Below are positions 52,291 through 62,822 of a DNA stretch of 64,000 bases, one piece after another. The stretch lies in the NCBI RefSeq assembly GCF_000143415.4, contig NW_003314298.1, forward strand, positions 1,085,250 to 1,149,249. Direction: 5' to 3'. Origin of the DNA: Selaginella moellendorffii. Lineage: Eukaryota; Plantae; Lycopodiophyta. The notes below the pieces were generated by a model. It searched no databases. It saw nothing but the letters and a program-made list of their open reading frames with translations, and was not told where the DNA came from. Made by a program: the position numbers and the translations under genes. Each line of letters starts with the position of its first letter. Positions within the stretch are counted from its first letter, which is position 1.

Positions 52291-52981
52291 GCCCTCTGAA
52301 TTCGTCTTGGACTTTCACGATGTATGTTGCCGCTGCAAGTTGCTAAAATATGATTGAAAAAAAAAACATTTTGGGGAAAAAAAGACCTGCCGATGTTCCA
52401 CTGTAATCAATAGCAGCGTGAGGAAAGCGTGGCCTTCGCTTTTTAGAAATGTGGAGATAAGTGATGCAGCGAGCCAATTATCGAGATATTCCTGCAGAGA
52501 CCGGCCACAGTCAAGTTGCAACAGTTTTTTGCCATGTTGTTGAACCGACATCAGCACTAGGTCACGACTGTTAGAACAGGGGTGGTCTGGAAAGGAAGAG
52601 ACCAACACAAGAATCAAAACTTTTAACAACCCTATTGCTAATATTGCAAGGTTAGATTAGTTCCTGGTTAGGGCAGTGAAAGCCTGGCAGTAGGGTTACT
52701 AAGGGTTTTGGTTTTTACACTGGTCTCTACCTTCTCGACAATACAGCCTCTCGTTGATATGCCTTAGCACCACCATAGTTGAGGCATGTTCCCTCTTGGT
52801 GATCTTAACAACAAGCATTTTTATTCATACAATCCTCTGGAACTTCTTGACTACCGGAAGAAGATGGAATATTCCCTTGGTTCTACAGTCCCTTTTTCTT
52901 AACAACCATTAAAGTGTGCCCTTTTTGCTTCTCCACTTAGGGCAACTTCACCTATTTTCGTTTTCTTACTCGGGCAAAGTT

Positions 52982-54004
52982 ATGGACTACTCGTTGTTAC
53001 AAATAATCGAGGAGGAGGTACTGGTGCGTTTGTCAGCAGGGTTACTACACACTCGCGTAAGATTAGTGTGCAAGCAGTGGAAAGATCTCATAGACTCGCC
53101 TAGGTTTAAGTCTCTCCATCACAAATACCACTCTGGATTCAAAGGTGGTGAGCGAAGTCCTCCCATTATTTTGGGCCTTGAGTGCAATGGTAGCCTCGCC
53201 AAATGCAATCCCTTTGGACAAGGAAGAGACAAGGATTGGATTTTGATAAACCCACTACCAGAACTTCGCTTCTATCTTCTTTCATGTGCTGGTGGACTGA
53301 TGTTTGGGCGGATTACCAGCAACAAGAGCTATGTTGTGTTGAATCCCCTCACTGGGGATCTCAAGGTCCTCCCACCGCCACCTTTGGAACCCCTGCCCTC
53401 CACGGCCATCATGGCCACGCCCACGTCGAGGCAACGTTACTGGATTTGCATTTCATATATGCGCGTAGTCTACTTGTACGATTCGAGTGTAGGGATTTGG
53501 CAAGACGTTCCGCTGCCTGAAGGATGGAAGCATCACTGCTATGCAAAGGCGATCAATAATAAGGTGTATTACTACTGTCGTGGACTAGATCATGTTGATA
53601 CCGGTCTCATGGGAGTTTTGAGCCTGGATCTGGAAAGTTTAAACTGGTCTACGGAGTGGGCAATCCATGGGTATAGTACGCCAAGCCGTTGTTGTATAGA
53701 TTTTCTTGTATCGCCAGCGCTGGAATTTTTCAAAGTCACTGTAGACTCTATGTATCATCTATCAAGGCTGGATGCTGCATCTAAAGGCTTTGTCGAGGAA
53801 GTTGGTTTGCCTTTGAATATGAAAGAAGGCATGTCTCATGTTCCATCTTGCTGCTATAAGGACACGATTGTGGTTGCCGGTCCCAAACAATTGGAAGTGC
53901 TGGATTACAAGACCAAATCTTGGACCACCCATAAAAACAAAAAGTTTTCCAGATTTGATTTCTTGTTTCTATTCACATCATCCTTGTTTGATCCAAAACA
54001 TTGA
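52982..54004 (+). CDS. F-box protein with a probable beta-propeller/FBA-like C-terminal region, intronless
   Basis: IIEEEVLVRLSAGLLHTRVRLVCKQWKDLIDSPRF (F-box); SCAGGL..YVVLNPLTG..KVLPPPP; VYLYDSSVGIW. Confidence 0.88.
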   Translation: MDYSLLQIIEEEVLVRLSAGLLHTRVRLVCKQWKDLIDSPRFKSLHHKYHSGFKGGERSPPIILGLECNGSLAKCNPFGQGRDKDWILINPLPELRFYLLSCAGGLMFGRITSNKSYVVLNPLTGDLKVLPPPPLEPLPSTAIMATPTSRQRYWICISYMRVVYLYDSSVGIWQDVPLPEGWKHHCYAKAINNKVYYYCRGLDHVDTGLMGVLSLDLESLNWSTEWAIHGYSTPSRCCIDFLVSPALEFFKVTVDSMYHLSRLDAASKGFVEEVGLPLNMKEGMSHVPSCCYKDTIVVAGPKQLEVLDYKTKSWTTHKNKKFSRFDFLFLFTSSLFDPKH

Positions 54005-54079
54005 TGTTAAGGTTTAACTTGAAAATCAAAAGTAGTTTGCTTCTGTATAAATAATATATAGTATTACAACATATACTAG

Positions 54080-54235
54080 TGGACGCTGCACTTCGAGGTA
54101 GCTAGCTTGTACTGGAATCTGAAAGAAGGCTTGTCTCAACCTTGCTGCTACAAGGTTGCTGGTCCCAAAACATTAGCGATTGCAAGACCAAACTTTGGAG
54201 CACCAGTTTCTTGATTTCATTCGTTGTTTGATCCT
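54080..54235 (+). pseudogene. Short decayed duplicate of the F-box gene 3' end
   Basis: gaaagaaggc.tgtctca, cttgctgcta.aagg, ggttgc.ggtcccaaa, caagaccaaa and tgtttgatcc are shared with 53770-53995. Confidence 0.7.
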
Positions 54236-54554
54236 CGTCAATGAATAAAACCACGTTTTAGATAATTGAAGTACATTGACAAAACTAAGCATAAATGCAT
54301 CAAACTTTTGATCATACCTATCCACAAGAGTGGAGTAGGGCTTTACCGCCATTGGGCACCGAATCTACGGTACACCCAGAGAAAGAAGTAGCCACGTCAC
54401 CGGGCGGGTATCCACGTCACACTGCCATTTTCAGTACCGACCACTCGCAGGGTACCAGCTCACGCCCATTTAATTTAAAATCCGAACTCGCGGGATATCG
54501 ATATCGATATCGATTGAGAGCTCTGTCCAAGCGAGCGAGGGAGCGAAGAACAAA

Positions 54555-55373
54555 ATGGGCGCCAAGAAGCTGCTGGTGGAGATCGCGAGCGCCGCCAATC
54601 TCATGCCCAAGGATGGCCAGGGATCGGCGAGCCCCTACTGCGTGGTCGAATTCGATGGGCAGCGCCAGCAAACGGAGGTGAGAGAGAAGGATCTGAATCC
54701 GGTGTGGAACAGCGTGGTAGAATTCAGCGCGCTCGATTCCCCGTCCATGGAAGCGCAGGCTCTGGTTGTCACCGTCTTGAGCGTCAAGAAGCCATCGCAG
54801 AGGAGGCCCAGTTTCCTGGGAAGAGTGAGGATCCGGGGAGCAAATTTCGCCAAGCAAGGGGAGGAGGCGCTCGTCTACTATCAGCTCAAGAGGAGGAGCT
54901 TGTTCTCGCAGGTGAAAGGTGAGATTGGGCTCAAGGTGTGGTGGACGGACGAGCCAGATCCTCCGCCTCCAGCGGAGGCCCCTGCCGAAGCAGCCGCCGA
55001 AGCTCCCGCCGGGCCTGCCGAAGCAGAGGCCCCGCCCGCCGAGCCTCCAGCGCCCGAAATAGAAGCTGCGACGCCCGAGAGCGCCGAGGCAGTAGCACCT
55101 GGCTCGGCAGGCGGCGCCGCTTCCGAGCCAGGTGCGCCGCCTGCCGAGCCTAGCCCCGAGGCTGCCCCCGAGCCTGAGGCGAATAGAGAGGACGAGCGCA
55201 TTGAGGTGATCGAGAAGACGATGATGTCGCTGCTCGAGCCCGTGTATTGGGATCACAATCTACCGTACGCGTGCGAGGTGCCTTGGAACAATTTCATTGC
55301 CGCGAGCGTTCTCGAGAACCCGTACATCAATCTGCCGGAGGAGAGCTGGATCATCGAAGCAGCAAAGACTTGA
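54555..55373 (+). CDS. Single-C2-domain protein, paralogous to the MCTP N-terminus
   Basis: Intact 272-aa ORF. The first ~135 aa match MCTP C2A (LMPKDGQGSAS.YC..EFDGQ, DLNPVWN, FSQVKGEIGLKVWW), followed by an Ala/Pro/Glu linker and a distinct C-terminus. Confidence 0.8.
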   Translation: MGAKKLLVEIASAANLMPKDGQGSASPYCVVEFDGQRQQTEVREKDLNPVWNSVVEFSALDSPSMEAQALVVTVLSVKKPSQRRPSFLGRVRIRGANFAKQGEEALVYYQLKRRSLFSQVKGEIGLKVWWTDEPDPPPPAEAPAEAAAEAPAGPAEAEAPPAEPPAPEIEAATPESAEAVAPGSAGGAASEPGAPPAEPSPEAAPEPEANREDERIEVIEKTMMSLLEPVYWDHNLPYACEVPWNNFIAASVLENPYINLPEESWIIEAAKT

Positions 55374-56856
55374 CAAGAGCATAGGGAAGAACTAAAGAAC
55401 TTGTATATCACTGTAATCAAGTAAAGTGGTCTGGAAGTAATAGTTTGCAGCAATAGTTTCAAAAGGTTCCTAGAGTTTGTCTGAAGCGAAACTTTCACTG
55501 TTCGCTTTCTTTTTGCAAAGTGTTTCTTTATCTAGATAGAATAGTATCGAAAGTTTTTTGTACTCGAAAGTTTCAGAAAGTGTATTTTTGATCGTAGATG
55601 TAGTGTGGGTGGCCAGAAATCGTCAGCGAAAGGCATGCCTGTGCTCGATTGGTCACGGTTGACAATGACGACTCCATGATCTCGACCTTATCTCGCAGAA
55701 ATTGTCGCGAAGAAATTAGAAAGCTTTGTCCAAATTAGATGGGCGAGTCAACCAAGCCTGGCACCAGCGCCTAGATCTACAAGTCGATGCGTGAGATAAA
55801 CGACGCCACCAGCCCTAAAAAACATTTCAAAATTAACCTCTTAATTAAATTAACAACCATTCACATAGAAACAACATAGTCAAAGAGACAAGACAAGGCA
55901 TTTGTTAGAATCTATTTCCCCATTAAAAAAAATAAAAAATTCATAAAAGCATAATTTTCAACTCCTCGTACGACCGAAAGTGGCAATCGAAATATTAATC
56001 TATTCCAGGCTGGGTATATTCCAAGCGATAAGTGAAAATCTAATTTTCCAAAATTCAAGAAAAGCGACAGAATATCCTGGCTGACTGACGGCGCGATCCT
56101 CACGCCGGACATCATAACCGTCCGACAACGACCGGCGGACCGGGAGAGCCGGTCGCTCGATCCGGGCCGTCCAATTCCTCTGCGTTAGCCGTCAATTCCA
56201 GATCACTGTGGAGTGACAGAGGCAGGTTCTACAGGGACGAGCTGGAGGAATGCGTACAAAGTTTTTTAGGGCTGGGCGCTGTGGCGTCGTTTCTCTCACG
56301 CATCGATTTGTAGGCAGCAGCAGGAATCAGCGCTTAGATCTAGGCGCTAGCGAATGGCGGATTGATTGAGAATCAGGCGTGATTTCGTCCGGGGAATGGC
56401 GATCGGGAGGACAATGCTGGTGCTGGACTGATTCAGGCAGTGTTCCAGGGGTAAGCATCGAGAGGAATCGCTGGTTTCCCGCGAGATTTCTGCTGGGGAG
56501 CGTATGTTGCAGGCCTCAATGCTCGCGGCGGATTTCCTTGACTAGTTAATTCCCGATAGAACTTCTCCTCTTCAGGCTGGGATAGCGAAAAATCTGGCAA
56601 GGGCTGGGTCCCTGTTCGATCGTCAGTCACACCACGCAAGGTATGTCTAGTTTTTTAAAGATATTTTAGAATGGGTTCGTTTTTCTCTCATGAAGGTTCT
56701 ATACAATCTCTGATAGAACAAAAAAGGATCCTTTCGTCTGACAGGTACATGTTTTCATGCTTTTTCTTCCTATGATAGAAATGAAGTTGTCACACTGATC
56801 TCTTTTTTTTCCACAGGAGTGCTCTCTAATGCTTTAGTCACGTACGAAGGACTGCC

Positions 56857-59800
56857 ATGGGGAGGAAACTGTTTGTGGAGGTTTGTAATGCTGCGGATCT
56901 CATGCCCAAGGATGGACAGGGATCCGCGAGTGCTTACTGCACGCTGGAGTTCGATGGACAACGTCGGAAAACTGATACAAAGGCCAAGGATTTAAATCCA
57001 GTGTGGAACACCGTCGTCGAGTTTCCGATACTCGAAGGCAAAAATCTCGAAAGTGAGGTGCTGGAGTTGTCAGTGCTGTGCGAGAAACGAGGTGCGCAGA
57101 GGAAGCCAGGATTTCTGGGAAAGGTGAAGATTCCAGGGAGGAGCATTGTGAAGAAGGGGGAGGAGGCTCTTGTCTACTATCCTCTGGAGAAGCGAAGCAT
57201 GTTCTCGCAAGTCAAGGGAGAGATTGGTTTGAAAGTTTGGTGGAGCGACGATCCGGATCCATCACCGCCAGCTCCAGCTTCTCCTTCGGCTGCTGCAGCT
57301 GCTTCTGGTGGTGGTACTCCTCCAGCGGAAGAAGTTACTGCAAAAGACGCAGCGGTGCCAGAAGTTACAGAAGAAGCTCCTGCTGCGCCTGCTGCTGCTG
57401 CTGCTGCCGCTGCCGCGGAACATCATCCAGCTCCGTCCGAGCCAGCTGAAGCTCCTGTCGAACAGGTACGAGAAATTCATCTCGAAGAGATGGCGGAGCC
57501 GAAGGAAGAGAAGCATGAAGAGACCGAGGAAAGGAGAGAAGACGCAAGAGAGGAGGTGCCAATGGAGCGGAAGGAAGAGCAAGAAGAGATGAGAGAGATA
57601 CCGAACGAGAGCAAGGAAGAGAAGCACGAGAAGGAAGAGGAGAAGAGAGAAGAAGCGAGGGACGAGAAGAAAGAAGAAGAAAGGAAGGAAGACAAGAAAG
57701 AGAAGGAGAAGAAGGAAGACCACCACAAAGAAGAGAAGAAGGAAGAAAAGAAGGAAGAGAGGAAGGAAGAAGAGAAGAAAGAGGAGAAGAAGAAAGATGA
57801 GAAGCATGAAGAGAAGAAGAAAGAAGAGAAGCATGAAGAGAAGAATGAGGAGAAGCATGAACCGAAGCAGTATGAAGAGAAGAAGAAAGAGGAGAAGAAG
57901 GAGAACAAGAAGGAGGACAAGAAGGAGGAGAAGAAACCAGAGGAGACGAGAGAATATCGAAGTGTGGGAAGGAGGGAAGAACAGAAAGACGTGAAGGATC
58001 AAAAGATAAAAGAGAGGAAAGGTGACGCACCGACAATCGTCATAAAGAGGCACGACGACGAACACGAACACGAGCTCTCTCGGAAGCTAGTCCGGGCAAG
58101 CACTGTGCCATCGACAGACTTCCATTTGAAGGAGACTACGCCCGCTCTTGCCAGAGGAATCGGAGAGAAAGTGGTCACGTATGATCTGGTGGAGAAGATG
58201 AACTACTTGTTCGTCAAGGTGGTGAAGGCCCGAGCTCTGATGGAATCCGGCAGCGGCTCCTCTTATGCAAGGATAGTTTTTGGGAGCCTCACGGCAAAGA
58301 CGAAGGAGGTTGGCAAGAGCCTGTTCCCGGAGTGGCACGAAGTCTTTGCCTTCAGCAAGGATAATTCTGCAGGACCCGTGGTAGAAGTCAGCATCTGGGA
58401 CCACGAAACAGATCAGTTCATGGGAGCTGTCGGCTTTGACTTGCAAGAAATTCCTTTCCGAGTTCCTCCAGACAGTCCCTTGGCACCGCAGTGGTACAGG
58501 CTCGAAAACATCAGCAAGAATGCCGAGAAGAAAGTCCGAGGGGATGTGATGCTGGCTATATGGTGGGGAACGCAAGCCGACGAAGCTTTCACGGAAGCAT
58601 GGCAGTCGGACTCTGGAGGATACGCACACACTCGAGCGAAAGTTTATCTCTCTCCAAAGCTTTGGTACCTGAGAGTGAACGTCATCGAGGCTCAGGAGGT
58701 CCAACCGATGGACAGGACGAGATTTCCAGAAGTGAGCGTTCGTGCACAGCTGGGGTTCCAGATCTACAAGACGAAGGTGGCGAGCAACCGTAACACAAGT
58801 CCTCAGTGGAACGAGGACTTGCTGTTCGTGGCCTCGGAGCCTTTCGAAGACGAGCTGCTGCTGGTTGTCCAGAACAAAACCGCCAAGCCCAACGAGGAAG
58901 AGGTGCTCGGGATGGTGAAGATAGCTCTCGCCGGGATCGAGAAGAGGATAGACCATCGCCAGGTGAACTCCAAGTGGTTCGATCTCGTGAGATACAACGG
59001 AGGTGACAAGCACTTCCACGGCCGGCTTCACTTGCGGCTGTGCTTCGATGGTGGCTACCATGTCATGGACGAAGCCACACACTACAGCAGCTGTGTTCGG
59101 CCGACGGCCAAGCAGCTGTGGAGGCCAGTGGTGGGAGTTCTCGAGCTCGGGATTATCAGGGGCAAGGACGTCCATCCAATGAAAACAGTCGACGGCAGGG
59201 GTGCTACCGACGCTTACTGCGTCGCAAAGTATGGCCAGAAATGGGTGAGGACGAGAACCATCGTCGACAACTTAAACCCCCGGTGGAACGAGCAGTACTC
59301 CTGGGAAGTCTACGATCCATGCACAGTTCTCACGGTCGGGGTGTTCGACAACTGCCATGTCCATCCTCACCCGGAAGGAGGCAAAGACTTGAAGGACTTA
59401 CAGATTGGCAAAGTTCGTATCCGGCTGTCGACGCTGGAGAGCGAGAGGATCTACACCAACAGCCATCCGCTGCTCATGCTCCAGCGCTCCGGCGTGAGGA
59501 AGCTCGGAGAGATCGAGCTCGCCGTGCGGTACTCGTCGGTTTCCATCGTCAGCGTCATGGGTCTCTACTTCCGGCCGCTGCTGCCAAAGATGCACTACTT
59601 GCATCCGCTGGGGGTGACGCAGTCGGAGATCCTTCGCATCAGCGCGATGAGGCTCGTCGCCATCCGGCTCAACCGTTCCGAGCCGCCACTCCGCCAGGAA
59701 GTCGTCCAGTTCATGCTTGACGCCGACTTCCACGTCTGGAGCCTGCGGCGCTCCAAGGTGAACTACTTCCGGATCATGAACTTACTGGCGGGTCCGATGG

Positions 59801-60375
59801 CCGTGGGGACGTGGTTCCACAACATCTGCCACTGGAAGAACCCGGTGACAACGCTGCTCGTCCACATCCTCTTCCTCATCCTGGTGATGTTCCCGGAGCT
59901 CATCCTTCCGACGCTCTTCCTCTACCTCTCGCTCATCGGCGCCTGGAGGTACCGCTACAGGCCTCGATCGCCTCCATCCATGGACGGGAAGTTGTCACAG
60001 GCCGAGCAAGTGGAACCCGACGAGCTGGACGAAGAGTTTGATCCAATCCCGACGAACAAAGATCCCAGCGTCGTCAAGGCTCGCTACGATCGGCTCCGGA
60101 TAGTTTCTTCGCGGATCCAGCACGTCCTGGGAGACATAGCCACGCAGGGGGAGAGGCTTACCGCGCTGCTAAGCTGGAGAGACCCGCGAGCGAGCGGGAT
60201 AATGGTGGCGGTGTGCATGACCATCGCCATCTTTCTCTACGTGGTTCCACTCCGGGTGATCGTGGTGATCGTGGGGCTCTACGTTTTGAGGCATCCAAAG
60301 TTCCGGGAGCGCTTGCCGGGCTGGCCGATCAATTTCTTCCGGAGGCTGCCGTCACTGGCAGATCGTATACTTTGA
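56857..60375 (+). CDS. MCTP: MCTP (multiple C2 domain and transmembrane region; FTIP/QUIRKY family), intronless
   Basis: 1172 aa; four C2 domains (YDLVEKMNYLFVKVVKAR, KVYLSPKLWYLRVNVIEAQ, AYCVAKYGQKWVRTRT) and the C-terminal PRT_C/TM region DELDEEFD...LLSWRDPRAS...NFFRRLPSLAD. Confidence 0.97.
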   Translation: MGRKLFVEVCNAADLMPKDGQGSASAYCTLEFDGQRRKTDTKAKDLNPVWNTVVEFPILEGKNLESEVLELSVLCEKRGAQRKPGFLGKVKIPGRSIVKKGEEALVYYPLEKRSMFSQVKGEIGLKVWWSDDPDPSPPAPASPSAAAAASGGGTPPAEEVTAKDAAVPEVTEEAPAAPAAAAAAAAAEHHPAPSEPAEAPVEQVREIHLEEMAEPKEEKHEETEERREDAREEVPMERKEEQEEMREIPNESKEEKHEKEEEKREEARDEKKEEERKEDKKEKEKKEDHHKEEKKEEKKEERKEEEKKEEKKKDEKHEEKKKEEKHEEKNEEKHEPKQYEEKKKEEKKENKKEDKKEEKKPEETREYRSVGRREEQKDVKDQKIKERKGDAPTIVIKRHDDEHEHELSRKLVRASTVPSTDFHLKETTPALARGIGEKVVTYDLVEKMNYLFVKVVKARALMESGSGSSYARIVFGSLTAKTKEVGKSLFPEWHEVFAFSKDNSAGPVVEVSIWDHETDQFMGAVGFDLQEIPFRVPPDSPLAPQWYRLENISKNAEKKVRGDVMLAIWWGTQADEAFTEAWQSDSGGYAHTRAKVYLSPKLWYLRVNVIEAQEVQPMDRTRFPEVSVRAQLGFQIYKTKVASNRNTSPQWNEDLLFVASEPFEDELLLVVQNKTAKPNEEEVLGMVKIALAGIEKRIDHRQVNSKWFDLVRYNGGDKHFHGRLHLRLCFDGGYHVMDEATHYSSCVRPTAKQLWRPVVGVLELGIIRGKDVHPMKTVDGRGATDAYCVAKYGQKWVRTRTIVDNLNPRWNEQYSWEVYDPCTVLTVGVFDNCHVHPHPEGGKDLKDLQIGKVRIRLSTLESERIYTNSHPLLMLQRSGVRKLGEIELAVRYSSVSIVSVMGLYFRPLLPKMHYLHPLGVTQSEILRISAMRLVAIRLNRSEPPLRQEVVQFMLDADFHVWSLRRSKVNYFRIMNLLAGPMAVGTWFHNICHWKNPVTTLLVHILFLILVMFPELILPTLFLYLSLIGAWRYRYRPRSPPSMDGKLSQAEQVEPDELDEEFDPIPTNKDPSVVKARYDRLRIVSSRIQHVLGDIATQGERLTALLSWRDPRASGIMVAVCMTIAIFLYVVPLRVIVVIVGLYVLRHPKFRERLPGWPINFFRRLPSLADRIL

Positions 60376-60385
60376 TGTACGTTGA

Positions 60386-60725
60386 TGTACCGCGCGGCTT
60401 ACCGTGTGGCGTGCAGTGCGGCATTCTTTAAAAAGCTATCTTGCAGCGCGGTTGAAAATGCATTGATGGTGGGCAAACGCAGCTGTACCGCGCGGCTTGC
60501 CGTGCGGTGTTTATTTGCAGTGTGGCACTCGTTATCTTGCAGCTCAGTACCGTGCGGTGCAGTGCGGCATTCTTTAAAAAGTTACCTTGCGAGTACCGTG
60601 CGGCATTATTAAAAAGCTACCTTGCGGCGGAGTACCGTGCGGTACAGGGCGGCATTCTACCTTGCAGCTCAGTACCGCGCGGTGCAGCACGGCATTTCCT
60701 AAACTCTAGCTTAACAGTGCGGCAC
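60386..60725. repeat. GC-rich imperfect tandem repeat array immediately after the MCTP stop codon
   Basis: Recurrent gtaccgYgcgg and gcggcattctttaaaaagYtaYcttgc modules. Confidence 0.8.
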
Positions 60726-60879
60726 GGCTGTCCAAGAGAACTCCAAACACCATGAACACGGAGAATGGAACACCAAGGGACAAGAGTATATAGAGAGAGT
60801 GGATGATAGTAGCATTGTGTTTCTCGTTTAACACCAAATATTTGGTCTCGCGCGTTTTTGCGAAATATTTTAGGGCGAG

Positions 60880-62628
60880 ATGGGATCGAGGGGAGCGGTG
60901 AGCAACGCGCTCCTTCGCGCTCTGCGACGATCGATCGTAGCGCGTGTCGCGCCCGGCTCGGTAGCAGCGGCTGGATCGCGCTTAGGTGAGGAGGAGCGAG
61001 GAGCTAGATTGAAAATGTGGGAGGTTTTCGGGGTTTTGAGTGGCGCTGTGGCGATCGGCAGCTGGATCGGGCAAGGGAAATGCTCGCCGGCGCATTGCGA
61101 GGAGAGCGAGGAAGGGAAAGGGAAGTTCTTGATGAAAGGTACGCGATGAAGGTCTTGCGTGCCTAGTATTTTGATTCCTTTCTTTTGTAGAGTCTTATAG
61201 ACGAAGGGTGTTCTTCAAGTATGAAAGGCGCATCAGAGCTTTCAGCCCTCCTGAGAAGGTACATGAGATTTACCACACACCACTTCTTTGATTTTTTCTT
61301 GTAGGTGTTTGAGTACTTTGCTTCACTCAGGGAAGATGGGCAATCTTTTATGACTCCATCCGATTTGATGCGTGCCGTCGTCCCAGTTTTTCCATCAAGT
61401 GAATCGAATGCCACGAGAGAAGGAAGTCTTGGTGGGGAGAGATCTCCAGGAGAGCTTAGTTGTCCTCCATCGAAGTTTTTCATGCTTTTCGACACAAATG
61501 GAGACGGGCGAATATCATTTCCAGAGTAAGAACTTTGCTGGTGACTGTGCACAATACTAACCGCTGCGTTGGAGAGGCCAGGTTTATATTTTTCGTTACT
61601 CTTCTCAGCCTGCCGGAAGAGAACTTCAAGACGACTTTTAAAATGTTCGACATTGATGGGAATGAGTATGTGCTGCTGTGTAACTTTCTTCCATTGTGTA
61701 CTGACTGTGACTTCTTTTCAGCATGATTGACCGGGAAGAGTTCAAAAAGATCATGAGTATAATGAGATCGCAGACTAGGCAAGGCCTTGCGCAGCGAGAC
61801 GGTCGTCGAAGCATTGCTGTGAAAACTGGTGGCGACTCTGTTGAAGAAGGCGGACTCGTGCAGCTCTTTTTCGGTGAGGATGGGAAGAAGCTTTTGAACT
61901 TTGAGGATTTTGTGTCTTTCTTATGTGACCTTCATGAAGAGGTAAGCATTGGTTAATTTCAAACAACTTAACTTAAAAGATAGCTTCTTGCAGATACTAA
62001 AGCTGGAGTTTTCCCATTATGATTTCAAACAGAAAGGACATATCTCTGCTCGCGATTTTGCGTTGTCCCTAGTTTCTGCGGCCAATTTGTCCAAGATAAA
62101 TCAGTATTTGGACCTTGCGGACGCTATTGACGACGATCCCAAGTTTAAATCCTTGCGTATCACTTACGAGGTTCGTTTAAACAAAGGTTTAATTGTTAGC
62201 ACGGGCTGATTTCAAGATCTGCAGGAGTTCCGGTGTTTCGCCCAACTTCGAAAGAAACTTCCCACTTTAGCCTTGGCAATTTCGAGCTTTGGAAAGACGT
62301 CAGGCTTATTGACGAAGTCGGATTTTCAACGAGCGGCAGCGCAGGTGGTGCATCATTGAATACATTTAACTGTTTTAGTTCTATCGTTTTTCTGCTGATT
62401 GCTCAGGTCTGCAGTGTGCCCCTGACTGATGCTGTGATAGACGTCGTGTTTTATATTTTTGATCTGAACCGAGACGGGAATCTGAGCATGGAAGAATTTC
62501 TAGGTGCTCTGCAGAGGCGAGAGGGAGATACTGGACATCCAGCGGAGGCAGGCATTGTCCAGGTTTTGAAATGTTGGTGGAACTGTGCGCGTAACTGTCG
62601 GAACGAGAAACAGTGGATGTCGGTTTGA
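60880..62628 (+). CDS. MICU: Mitochondrial calcium uptake protein (EF-hand regulator of MCU); multi-exon
   Basis: Presequence; SYRRRVFFKYERRIRAFSPPEKVFEYFAS; FMTPSDLMRAVVPVFP; EF-hands FDTNGDGRISFPE, FDIDGN.MIDREE, FDLNRDGNLSMEE. Confidence 0.93.
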
Positions 62629-62822
62629 TAGAATCTGTTACAACATGAAACGCAGGTACGACTGACTTTAAAGCGTCCTCCACAACACAGATATTTTTCT
62701 ATAATGGCTAACAGATTATTTACAGAGTGGATCTATAAGGACCTGGAATCCGGTAAAGTGCTTTTGTAAATTTTTACTATAAGAAAACTAATGACCAACC
62801 TTTCTATGCAGCAGAATACGGT

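Noticed and set aside
57262-59175. Long antisense ORFs over MCTP (similar ones occur over NPF, ClpB and IQD)
   Set aside because: Shadow ORFs arising from low-complexity or GC3-rich coding sequence, with no recognisable motifs.
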